A stretch of DNA of 32,000 nucleotides from Okeania sp. (lineage in GTDB: Bacteria > Cyanobacteriota > Cyanobacteriia > Cyanobacteriales > Microcoleaceae), in the NCBI RefSeq assembly GCF_035285525.1, contig NZ_JAYKGW010000165.1:29692-61691 (forward strand), read 5' to 3'. A program made the position numbers and the translations under genes. The number at the start of each line of letters is the position of its first letter. Positions within the stretch are counted from its first letter, which is position 1. Shown here piece by piece: positions 1-7,456 of this stretch. The notes under the pieces are model-generated. The model searched no databases. It was not told the origin of the DNA and saw only the letters and a program-made list of their open reading frames with translations.

Positions 1-1317
1 TTAGCTCAAATTGTCAAATTAGTCGAAACTGCCCAAACTAGAAAAGCTCCTATTCAAAATTTAGCAGATACGGTGGCAGGATATTTTACTTATGGCGTAA
101 TGACTATTGCTACTTTGACATTTTTATTCTGGTATTTTGTCGGTACTAATATTTGGTCTCAGGTTTTACAAACATCTAGTCACACAGAAATGATGATGAG
201 TCATTTTACTTCTCCTCTACTTTTGAGTTTGAAATTAGCGATCGCTGTTTTGGTTATTGCTTGTCCTTGTGCTTTAGGTTTGGCAACACCTACTGCTATA
301 TTGGTAGGTTCGAGTATAGGAGCGCAAAGGGGTTTATTGATTAAAGGTGGGGATATTTTAGAAAAAGTACATCAGTTAGATACTATCGTTTTCGACAAAA
401 CTGGAACTTTAACTACCGGACATCCGACTGTCACCGATATTATTGGAGATAACCCCAAATGGTTATTAGAGGTTGCTGCTACTGTGGAAAGTGGTGCGAG
501 TCATCCTTTAGCAGAAGCAATTTTACAAAAAGCAGAGCAAGAAAATGTTACCTTATTGCCAGCAACAGATTTTTATACTGAACCTGGTTTAGGAATATCT
601 GCGGTTGTCGATGGTAAAACAGCTTTGGTTGGAAACTGGGAATGGTTGCATCAACATCAAATTATAGTTCAGCACGAAAATATTCCTACTTTAGTAGGTA
701 AAACCGCAGTTTATGTAGCTGTCAATGGAATGTTCTTGGGAGTTATCGGAGTTAGTGATGTTTTGCGGAATGATGCTCAAACAACAGTTAAACTTCTGCA
801 AAATATGGGTTTAAAAGTAATATTATTAACAGGCGATCGCTCTTCTGTTGCCATAGCTATTGGCAAACAGTTAGGTTTAGCTGCTGACAATATTTTGGCA
901 GAAGTACCACCCGAAGGTAAAGCAGAAGCGATCGCTACTTTACAAGCAAAAGGCGAGAAAGTGGGAATGGTAGGAGATGGTATTAATGATGCTCCTGCTC
1001 TAGCTCAAGGGAATGTGGGTATTGGGATGCAAGCAGGTACAGATGTAGCGGTAGAAACTGCTGATATTGTTTTGATGCAGGATAAATTGATGGATGTGGT
1101 GGAGTCTATTAAACTGAGTCGCACCACTTTTAACAAAATTCGTCAAAATCTATTTTGGGCGTTTGCCTATAATATTGTTGGTATTCCTGTAGCTGCGGGG
1201 GTATTGTTACCGAGTTTAGGAATAATGCTTAGTCCGGGTGCAGCAGGTGCTTTGATGGCATTTAGTTCAGTCAGTGTAGTGATGAACTCCTTATTATTGC
1301 GTAGCACATTTCGTTAA
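1..1317 (+). CDS. Heavy-metal (Cu+-type) P1B-type ATPase, C-terminal 438 aa; the 5-prime end lies outside the window
   Basis: Frame 1 is open from nt 1 (LAQIVKLVETAQTRKAPIQNLADTV...), upstream of the tracked GTG at 73. Motifs: CPC metal motif in a TM helix (IACPCALGLATP), DKTGT phosphorylation site, SGASHPLAEAI (HP motif), LTGD, GDGINDAP hinge. Confidence 0.9.
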   Translation, partial: LAQIVKLVETAQTRKAPIQNLADTVAGYFTYGVMTIATLTFLFWYFVGTNIWSQVLQTSSHTEMMMSHFTSPLLLSLKLAIAVLVIACPCALGLATPTAILVGSSIGAQRGLLIKGGDILEKVHQLDTIVFDKTGTLTTGHPTVTDIIGDNPKWLLEVAATVESGASHPLAEAILQKAEQENVTLLPATDFYTEPGLGISAVVDGKTALVGNWEWLHQHQIIVQHENIPTLVGKTAVYVAVNGMFLGVIGVSDVLRNDAQTTVKLLQNMGLKVILLTGDRSSVAIAIGKQLGLAADNILAEVPPEGKAEAIATLQAKGEKVGMVGDGINDAPALAQGNVGIGMQAGTDVAVETADIVLMQDKLMDVVESIKLSRTTFNKIRQNLFWAFAYNIVGIPVAAGVLLPSLGIMLSPGAAGALMAFSSVSVVMNSLLLRSTFR

Positions 1318-1330
1318 GAATAGAAGAAAA

Positions 1331-1364
1331 ACAGAAGGGAGCATCTTGCTCCCACTGTTTTTTT
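1331..1364 (+). terminator. Likely intrinsic terminator of the ATPase gene; the hairpin is itself a member of a repeat family
   Basis: ACAG-aa-GGGAGCA-tct-TGCTCCC-a-CTGT followed by a T7 run, 14 nt after the stop codon. Near-identical copies lie at about 1818-1850 and a half copy at about 1645-1665. Confidence 0.5.
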
Positions 1365-1414
1365 GAGGAAAATTTAGGTGGTGGACTGATAAATCTAAAA
1401 TGCTGCATTAGTCG

Positions 1415-2405
1415 TAGGTTGGGTTGAGGTACGAAACCCAACACAATTAACGAAGTCAGAACTCAGAAGTCTGAAGACTCTATATATAGAGCCTTTCGTA
1501 AGTCCTGTGTGAAAAAGATTCAGCACTCCCCCCTCAAGAAGCATTGATTAGGGTTAGTTTTAGGAGCTAGTAGTTGATAGTGGTGTGGTGCGTTACGTTT
1601 CACTAACGCACCCTACTAGATTAACACTAATAACTGATAACTGAAGATGCTCCCACTGTTATTTTGAGGAAAATTTTTGAGGTTTTTCGGCTCAAAACTG
1701 ATAACTGAAACCGGAATTACGCAAAGACTCTACATATAGATATAGTGTTGAAAAACTATTGTACAATAGTTTTAGACTCTACATTTAGTATATATGTGTA
1801 AGTTCTGTGAAATAAACACAGAAGGGAGCAAGATGCTCCCACTGTTTTTTTTGAGCAAGAATCGACTTGAGCAGTTGTCCCTATCGACGAAGCGGAAGCA
1901 ATCTCGTGAAACCTCTGAGATTCCTATCCTTCCACTCCGTTCCAGTCGCAATGACTTAGACATATTAATCAAGATCAGGACTTACACGGGATGTACTATA
2001 TATAGATCAAAAAAACTATTGTACAATAGTTTTGAACGCTATATGTAGCGTCTATGCGTAAGTCCTAAAGATTTGACAGCGGTTTTAAAATCAATAAACC
2101 ACATCGCCATCAAAGAAATGTGCTAAATTATATGACAAGTGCTATAAATTGAATCATCTTCCATAGTAAAATATTCTCAAGGTAACATAATAAACATTAC
2201 AGGACTTACGCATTGGTAAGGAGTTTGGGTCATTTGAAATTGCTTCACTCCTCGCGAGCAATGACAGAAACGCGTTGTTCTGCATAAGTCCTATATTAGA
2301 TAGTAATATAATCAGGACTTACACAAGTGCAACGTATTTTCGTCTCATACGACCGAAGGGAAGCAATCTCAAAGCCCTGTTTTTCGTACCTCATGGGTAA
2401 GTCCT
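1415..2405. repeat. Dense cluster of short MITE-like / hairpin repeats with no credible coding capacity
   Basis: Three ~90-nt units are bounded by inverted CAGGACTTAC(G/A)C ... G(C/T)(G/A)TAAGTCCT termini (1977-2066, 2200-2292, 2313-2405). A ~55-nt direct repeat carries a perfect 22-nt palindrome AAAACTATTGTACAATAGTTTT (1752-1773 and 2012-2033). There is a GTAGGTTGGGTTGAGG..CGAAACCCAAC hairpin (1415-1445; the same family occurs inverted at 17413-17500) and a GGTGCGTTACGTTTCACTAACGCACC hairpin (~1587-1612). Confidence 0.65.
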
Positions 2406-2435
2406 CATAATAATTAATCCTAGAAAGAAAATAAA

Positions 2436-3515
2436 ATGAGAAGAACAATTAATTTTCAAAATATTTCCTGGTTTTGGGACTTATATCAAAGACAACTTCT
2501 TGATTTAGAGCCATCATACCAAAGACGTAGTGTTTGGAATCAAAACTATAAAGATGACTTTATTGATACAGTATTACATCAATATCCAGCACCTGCAATT
2601 TTTATATATCAAGAAATTACTCCTGAAGGATTTTCCAAAGTGAGTGTAGTTGATGGAAAACAAAGATTATCTACCCTATTTCAATTTGTTAATAATGAAT
2701 TTCCTGTATATGAAAAAACTAAAATTCAACGCTTTATCGGTAAATATTTTAAAGATTTAGAAACTGAAGATAAACAAGAATTTTGGAGGTATCAATTTGC
2801 CATTGAATATTTACCATCATCTAACGAAAACATTATTGGTGATATCTTTAATCGTATTAATCGTAATGTAATTAAATTAACTCCTCAAGAGCTTCGTCAT
2901 GCAAGATTTAGTGGTGATTTTATTACTCTTGCAGAGGAATTATCTACTTGGATGTTTAAGCATTTTGGAAAAAACAGTAAAAACTTTCCTAACCTTAATT
3001 CAACTTCCAGAAAACAGATGAAAGATGTTGAAATTGTAGCACAACTACTATTATTTTTAGAAGAGGGAGCAAAGTCTTATAGTGCTGATTATCTTGATAA
3101 AGCTTTTACTGAACGAGATAGTGAATGGGAAGAAAAAGATGAAATAGAAGATGAATTTCGGGAAACTATTAAATCTATAAGCAAAATATTAAATTTATCA
3201 AGAGATATTAATCTAACTAAAACTCGGTTAAAAAATCAGGCTGATTTTTACTCTCTATTTGGTGCTATTGCTGAGTTAAATCGCGAGAATATGCTAGAAA
3301 TAAATGAAGATGTTGGCTCAAAAATATCTGACTTTCTAAAAATTGTAGAAGATCAAGAATTACAAAATAAATCCAAACAAGAGTTAAAGGATTTTCAACA
3401 GAAAGCATTAGATTATTATAAAGCAGTAAAATCTTCTTTTACAGATGCTGGTCCTAGAAAAACTAGAATTGAAATTATTAAATCTTTATTGAAAGGGGAT
3501 ATTCATTTAGAATAA
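2436..3515 (+). CDS. DUF262 (ParB/Srx-like NTPase, GmrSD N-terminal type) domain protein lacking any fused DUF1524/HNH nuclease
   Basis: 359-aa ORF. Motifs: SYQRRSVWNQ, VVDGKQRLSTLFQF (DGxQR motif), IFNRINRNVIKLTPQELRHA. The C-terminal ~180 aa is acidic/helical with no His-Me finger motif. The downstream ORF starts 11 nt after the stop. Confidence 0.75.
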   Translation: MRRTINFQNISWFWDLYQRQLLDLEPSYQRRSVWNQNYKDDFIDTVLHQYPAPAIFIYQEITPEGFSKVSVVDGKQRLSTLFQFVNNEFPVYEKTKIQRFIGKYFKDLETEDKQEFWRYQFAIEYLPSSNENIIGDIFNRINRNVIKLTPQELRHARFSGDFITLAEELSTWMFKHFGKNSKNFPNLNSTSRKQMKDVEIVAQLLLFLEEGAKSYSADYLDKAFTERDSEWEEKDEIEDEFRETIKSISKILNLSRDINLTKTRLKNQADFYSLFGAIAELNRENMLEINEDVGSKISDFLKIVEDQELQNKSKQELKDFQQKALDYYKAVKSSFTDAGPRKTRIEIIKSLLKGDIHLE

Positions 3516-3526
3516 TTTTAAATATT

Positions 3527-4519
3527 ATGAGATATCCTGCTATTCTAGACCGTAAATATAATCAATATCAACCCTTTGTTGAAAAAGTAGCTAAACAAGT
3601 CAAAGAAACATTATTAAACTTTTGCGATACCAAAGGATATCCTTTTACCTCTCGAATTAAAACTATTGAATCTCTAGCTGAAAAAATTGAAACGGGAAGA
3701 TTTCAAAAATGGTCAGATTTAGATGACTTGTTTGCTTGTACAATTATTATCCCAACTCTATCTCACGAAAAAGAGGTGACAGAATTTTGTAAAAGTATAT
3801 TTAAAACTATCAAAACAACCAAAAGAGGACAGAATAAAAAATCTCCAGATACATTTAAGTTTGATTCAACTAGAATTTGTGCTCAACTTCAAAGTAATAA
3901 TGACATAATTCCAGAGAATAAATTAAGTATTTATCAAATTAAATTTGAAATTCAAATCAAAAGTGCTTTTGAACACGCTTGGTCTGTTGCAACTCACAAT
4001 CTTATCTATAAAAGTTCAGAAATTGATTGGAGAAAATTACGTTTAGCTGCACAAATAAAAGCAACGGTTGAACAATTAGATATGTTAATACTTGCTTTTG
4101 AAAAAACTTCCGAATTTATTGAAAATAATGATTACCTAGAAATCAAAAATAAACAATTTTTAGTCGCAGAAATAAATAAATTATTTCAAACTAAAAAAAT
4201 ACCTGATGAGCTTAAGCCAAAAGATATGAGTCGTTTTTGTGATAACTTATATCGTCTGTTAATTAATGTAGTTGAAGAACAACAAATTCAAGAAAAAGTT
4301 AAAGCAGTAATCCAGAAAATTCAATCAACAAAAACAAATCAAATTCCACTCAGTATTTCATTATTTCAATATTTTATTAGCATTTTGATATCTGAGAAAA
4401 TAATGATTGATTCTTCTATAAATAGATATTATTGGCATATTACCCAAGAAGTTATAACTTTGTATCCAGAACTAAATAATATTAATTCTACTTTTGATTA
4501 TGAAGAAAATAAGTTTTAG
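3527..4519 (+). CDS. RelA/SpoT-fold nucleotidyltransferase (small-alarmone-synthetase / toxSAS-like) with an uncharacterised ~150-aa C-terminal domain
   Basis: 330-aa ORF. Motifs: SRIKTIESLAEKIETGR (ATP-binding R/K helix), DLDDLFACTIIIP (Asp strand), FEIQIKSAFEHAWSVATHNLIYK (equivalent to ExQxRT...H...YK). The acceptor motif GYxSxH is replaced by KFDSTRICAQL. Confidence 0.7.
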   Translation: MRYPAILDRKYNQYQPFVEKVAKQVKETLLNFCDTKGYPFTSRIKTIESLAEKIETGRFQKWSDLDDLFACTIIIPTLSHEKEVTEFCKSIFKTIKTTKRGQNKKSPDTFKFDSTRICAQLQSNNDIIPENKLSIYQIKFEIQIKSAFEHAWSVATHNLIYKSSEIDWRKLRLAAQIKATVEQLDMLILAFEKTSEFIENNDYLEIKNKQFLVAEINKLFQTKKIPDELKPKDMSRFCDNLYRLLINVVEEQQIQEKVKAVIQKIQSTKTNQIPLSISLFQYFISILISEKIMIDSSINRYYWHITQEVITLYPELNNINSTFDYEENKF

Positions 4520-4557
4520 TGTTTGGTTATAGTAATTTAATTTATTAGCTTATACTG

Positions 4558-4896
4558 TTAGTCTCCACTAATTTCAACCAATGATTCACCAGACTCTAGA
4601 ATTTCTAATGCTTCTAGTAAAGTAGCACTTAAAATTTTTCGGAACCGAGAATTTGAGGTATTACCACAGGTTAACCAGATAATTTGAGGTGGTGAGTCAA
4701 GGGGATTGACTAGATCGACAAAATCACTATCTTTAGTTATCAAGATAACGTTTTGAGCTTTTTCTGCTTCAAAAATCTCAAAGTCTTCAGCATCTCTCAA
4801 ACCAATATCCCGTACAGCTAATGCTGTTATTCCAAAAGTTTCCCTAATCCAAGTCGCGATCGCAGGCGACAGTTGTGCATGTATCCAAATTATCAT
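4558..4896 (-). CDS. DUF5615 (Mut7-C/PIN-like) protein, putative toxin partner of DUF433
   Basis: 112-aa ORF with RDIGLRDAEDFEIFEAEKAQNVILITKDSDFVDLV, typical of DUF5615. It overlaps the upstream DUF433 ORF by 4 nt (ATGA) and contains a HIP1 site at 4856-4863. Confidence 0.7.
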   Translation of the reverse strand: MIIWIHAQLSPAIATWIRETFGITALAVRDIGLRDAEDFEIFEAEKAQNVILITKDSDFVDLVNPLDSPPQIIWLTCGNTSNSRFRKILSATLLEALEILESGESLVEISGD

Positions 4897-5117
4897 ACAA
4901 CTAGCACAGGATGATTAAGTTTACGGGAAGCATATAAAAGCGCTGCTTGCAAATCATTGGCCTCTAGATCTGGCATTTCTTCCCAGATTTGTTCGGCACT
5001 CAGTCCAGCAGCAAATAAATCTAGTACATCTGATACCCTAATTCTCAAACCTCGGATACAAAGGCAGCCACTACATTGTTTAGGGTTAATCGTAATTCTT
5101 TTGAGTAATTCTGACAT
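4893..5117 (-). CDS. DUF433 family protein (antitoxin-like, HTH)
   Basis: 74-aa ORF: ITINPKQCSGCLCIRGLRIRVSDVLDLFAAGLSAEQIWEEMPDLEANDLQAALLYA matches the DUF433 pattern (DP..C.G.P.IRGTRI.V..VL......G.S.EEI...YP.L...DI.AAL.YA). Confidence 0.75.
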   Translation of the reverse strand: MSELLKRITINPKQCSGCLCIRGLRIRVSDVLDLFAAGLSAEQIWEEMPDLEANDLQAALLYASRKLNHPVLVV

Positions 5118-5235
5118 ATAGTTTTACTCCAGAACGAATTTTTATGTCGCTACAGTTGTCAAGGATTTCTATTTTATGAAAATTCTAACACTTTTTTGTT
5201 GATTACCTATTCCCTGTTCCCTCTCTTTAGAAAAA

Positions 5236-6006
5236 TTAATTATACATCTTGTTAAATACCTCTTCCCTGTTCCCTTTCTCAACAAAGAAACCAACCTTAC
5301 CTCCATAAGCACGATACAAATTTTCTTCCTGCAATACAACTTGCCGATCGCCAACAGCAAGTAACTCCTTATTTAACAGAATTAAATCATCAAAATTAGT
5401 AATAGATTCCCCCAAATCATGGTTAACAACAACCACAATTTTTCCAACTTCAGCTAACTCGTGAAAAATGTCAAAAAGAATATTTTCAGTCTTCTGATCT
5501 ACCCCAACAAACGGCTCATCAAAACAAAAAATATCTGCTTCCTGAGCTAAAGCTCGCGCTAAAAAAACTCGTTGCTGTTGACCGCCAGAAAGTTGACCGA
5601 TAGAGCGATCGCGATAACCATCCATTCCTACCCTGATTAACGCCTCAAATGCTATCCGGCGACTCATACTAGAAAAACGACGAAACCAACCAGTTTTGCG
5701 CACTCGCCCCATCATTACCACATCCCAGACAGTCGCAGGATATGTCCAATCAATTTGCGATCGCTGAGGTACATAAGCAACTTTTTCTAACTGTTCCGGA
5801 AGTGGTTTCTCATTATAGGTTACAGAACCGTTACTCAGAGCAATTAATCCTAGCATTCCTTTTAATAAGGTACTTTTTCCTGCGCCATTAGGGCCAATAA
5901 TACCTGTTAACCTTCCTGCCTGTATCTGTAGAGTAATATTTCGCAATGCCTCAACCGTGCGATAATAAACTCCTAAATGACTAACTGTAATTTTGGCTTG
6001 ATTCAT
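5236..6006 (-). CDS. Metal (Mn/Zn-class, MntA/ZnuC-like) ABC transporter ATP-binding protein
   Basis: Walker A GPNGAGKSTLLKG, signature LSGGQQQRVFLARAL, Walker B IFCFDEPF, H-loop VVNHD. Its size and its divergent pairing with a TroA-family SBP fit this class. The last ~12 codons run through heptamer-repeat remnants (5261-5274). Confidence 0.85.
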   Translation of the reverse strand: MNQAKITVSHLGVYYRTVEALRNITLQIQAGRLTGIIGPNGAGKSTLLKGMLGLIALSNGSVTYNEKPLPEQLEKVAYVPQRSQIDWTYPATVWDVVMMGRVRKTGWFRRFSSMSRRIAFEALIRVGMDGYRDRSIGQLSGGQQQRVFLARALAQEADIFCFDEPFVGVDQKTENILFDIFHELAEVGKIVVVVNHDLGESITNFDDLILLNKELLAVGDRQVVLQEENLYRAYGGKVGFFVEKGNREEVFNKMYN

Positions 6007-6085
6007 TAATAATAACTCCTATGTAGCACAGGTATCTTGCCTGTAAAAGGCATACCTCGCTTAAACAAAATTTGCTGTATATTTA

Positions 6086-6100
6086 TGATATAAATTATCG
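6086..6100. promoter_or_regulatory. Candidate Fur-family (Zur/Mur/Fur) operator in the divergent ATPase/SBP promoter region
   Basis: TGATATA-A-ATTATCG is a 7-1-7 dyad close to the TGATAAT-N-ATTATCA type box used by Fur-family metalloregulators. It lies 48 nt upstream of the SBP ATG. Confidence 0.3.
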
Positions 6101-6147
6101 AAAAAAAGTGAAATATTGTCAATTAAATCAAAATCAAATCAATTCTT

Positions 6148-7170
6148 ATGAAAAAATTACCAATTACTTCTTCCGATTCCCTGTTCCCGATTCCCTGTTC
6201 CCGATTCCCGATTCCCTGTTCCCTATTCCCTATTTTATTAGGATTATTAATTAGTAGTTGTACGGCTCCATCTGCAAATATTTCTCCTGAAAATGAGGAT
6301 AAACTTTTAGTAGTTTCCACAAGTACCATCATTGCCGATATGACAGAAAAAATAGGTGGGGATGAAATTGAGCATCAGGGAATTTTGGAACCGGGAGCAG
6401 ATCCTCATATTTATGAACCTGTACCTGCTGATAGTGTGGCTTTTGAGAAAGCAAATTTAATTTTTTATAATGGGTATCATTTAGAACCTGGTTTAATTAA
6501 ACTTATTAATTCTGCGGGTATGAAAGCGCAAAAGTTAGCAGTAGCAGAAAAAGTGACACCGTTACAAAGTCCGAAGGAGGGAGAGTTGGTGCCAGATCCC
6601 CACGTTTGGGGTGATGCAGAAAATGGAATTGTGATGGTGAATGCTATTCGGGATGCTTTGATTGAGTTATCACCGGAAGATAAAGAGGTGTTTATGGAGA
6701 ATGCTGCCAAATTAGTTGAGGAGTTACGACAGGTTGATATTTGGATTAGCAAACAAATTGCAACTATTCCAGAAAATCAGCGCCGACTGGTGACTACCCA
6801 TGATGCTTTTAAATATTATGTGAAAGCTTATGGTTTAGAAATGATGGGAACTTTGATTGGGATGAGTACGGAGGAACAACCTAGTGCGCAAACGGTGAAA
6901 AATTTAGCAGAGGAGATTAAGAAAACTAGGGTTCCTGCTATTTTTGCGGAGACTACTATTAATCCTCAGTTAATTACTACTGTTGCGGATGAAGCAGGGG
7001 TAAAGTTGGCAGCTAGGGAGTTGTATTCTGATTCTATTGGCGCTTCTGGGAGTGAAGGGGATAGTTATGTAAAAATGTTGATCTCTAATACTCAGGCAAT
7101 AGTGGAAGCTTTGGGTGGAGAGTATTCTGCTTTTGAGTTACAAACAAAATCGACTGCGGAGGGTAATTAA
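6148..7170 (+). CDS. Metal ABC transporter substrate-binding lipoprotein (TroA/PsaA/MntC/ZnuA family)
   Basis: 340-aa ORF with lipobox LLISS-C, and DPHIYEP, DPHVWGD and TTHDAFKYY motifs typical of cluster A-I metal SBPs. There is no long His-rich ZnuA loop. The N-terminal signal region contains the heptamer array. Confidence 0.85.
   Translation: MKKLPITSSDSLFPIPCSRFPIPCSLFPILLGLLISSCTAPSANISPENEDKLLVVSTSTIIADMTEKIGGDEIEHQGILEPGADPHIYEPVPADSVAFEKANLIFYNGYHLEPGLIKLINSAGMKAQKLAVAEKVTPLQSPKEGELVPDPHVWGDAENGIVMVNAIRDALIELSPEDKEVFMENAAKLVEELRQVDIWISKQIATIPENQRRLVTTHDAFKYYVKAYGLEMMGTLIGMSTEEQPSAQTVKNLAEEIKKTRVPAIFAETTINPQLITTVADEAGVKLAARELYSDSIGASGSEGDSYVKMLISNTQAIVEALGGEYSAFELQTKSTAEGN
6175..6230. 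repeat. STRR-type heptanucleotide tandem repeat, 8 units (GATTCCC/TGTTCCC/TATTCCC)
   Basis: Direct reading gives gattccc tgttccc gattccc tgttccc gattccc gattccc tgttccc tattccc, with degenerate flanks. Two-unit remnants of the same heptamers lie at 5208-5221 and 5261-5274. Confidence 0.9.
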
Positions 7171-7215
7171 CGGAAAAGTTACAGCAGATTTCTGGCAAAT
7201 AGGAAATCAGACTTT

Positions 7216-7312
7216 GTAGGGGCGGGTTTCATTATTAAGTTAAGGAGTCTTCACCGATAAGTTAGCTAAACCCGCCCCATGAGATCGCGCACCCTCTAAC
7301 GGGGCGGGGTTT
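7216..7312. repeat. GTAGGGGCGGGTTT / AAACCCGCCCC hairpin repeat family copy, in a convergent terminator region
   Basis: GTAGGGGCGGGTTT (7216-7229) pairs with AAACCCGCCCC (7268-7278), and a third GGGGCGGGGTTT lies at 7301-7312. The same family occurs at 20548-20710 and 20840-20892. Confidence 0.55.
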
Positions 7313-7456
7313 ATAAAATCCCTAAACAGGTTTCTAAAATTATTTGGGGGGATGGGGAGTTGGGGCTATCAACAGCAGATCATAAAGATCGCCAAGGATT
7401 GAAATCCTGGGCTGATAGCTTAAGTTATCTAAAGATGACTAGATGATCTAAAGTCA

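Noticed and set aside
1752-1773. Perfect 22-nt palindrome AAAACTATTGTACAATAGTTTT considered as an operator site (second copy at 2012-2033)
   Set aside because: Both copies are embedded in the same ~55-nt direct repeat unit. It is therefore more economically explained as part of a mobile repeat than as a dedicated regulator site. It does not match the cyanobacterial LexA or Fur consensus that I know.
1772-2048. Overlapping 66-aa (-) and 84-aa (+) ORFs in the repeat block
   Set aside because: They lie wholly within stacked MITE-like and hairpin repeats. They overlap each other on opposite strands and show no recognisable protein motif or RBS.
5169-5360. 63-aa ORF overlapping the 3-prime end of the ABC ATPase gene
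   Set aside because: It is in an alternative frame of a well-supported CDS, and the heptamer-repeat remnants partly create it.
6072-6332. 60-aa (+) and 69-aa (-) ORFs across the heptamer array
   Set aside because: These are alternative readings of the 7-nt repeat (FPIPDSL / GNREQGI periodic peptides) and overlap the SBP gene start. They are repeat artefacts.
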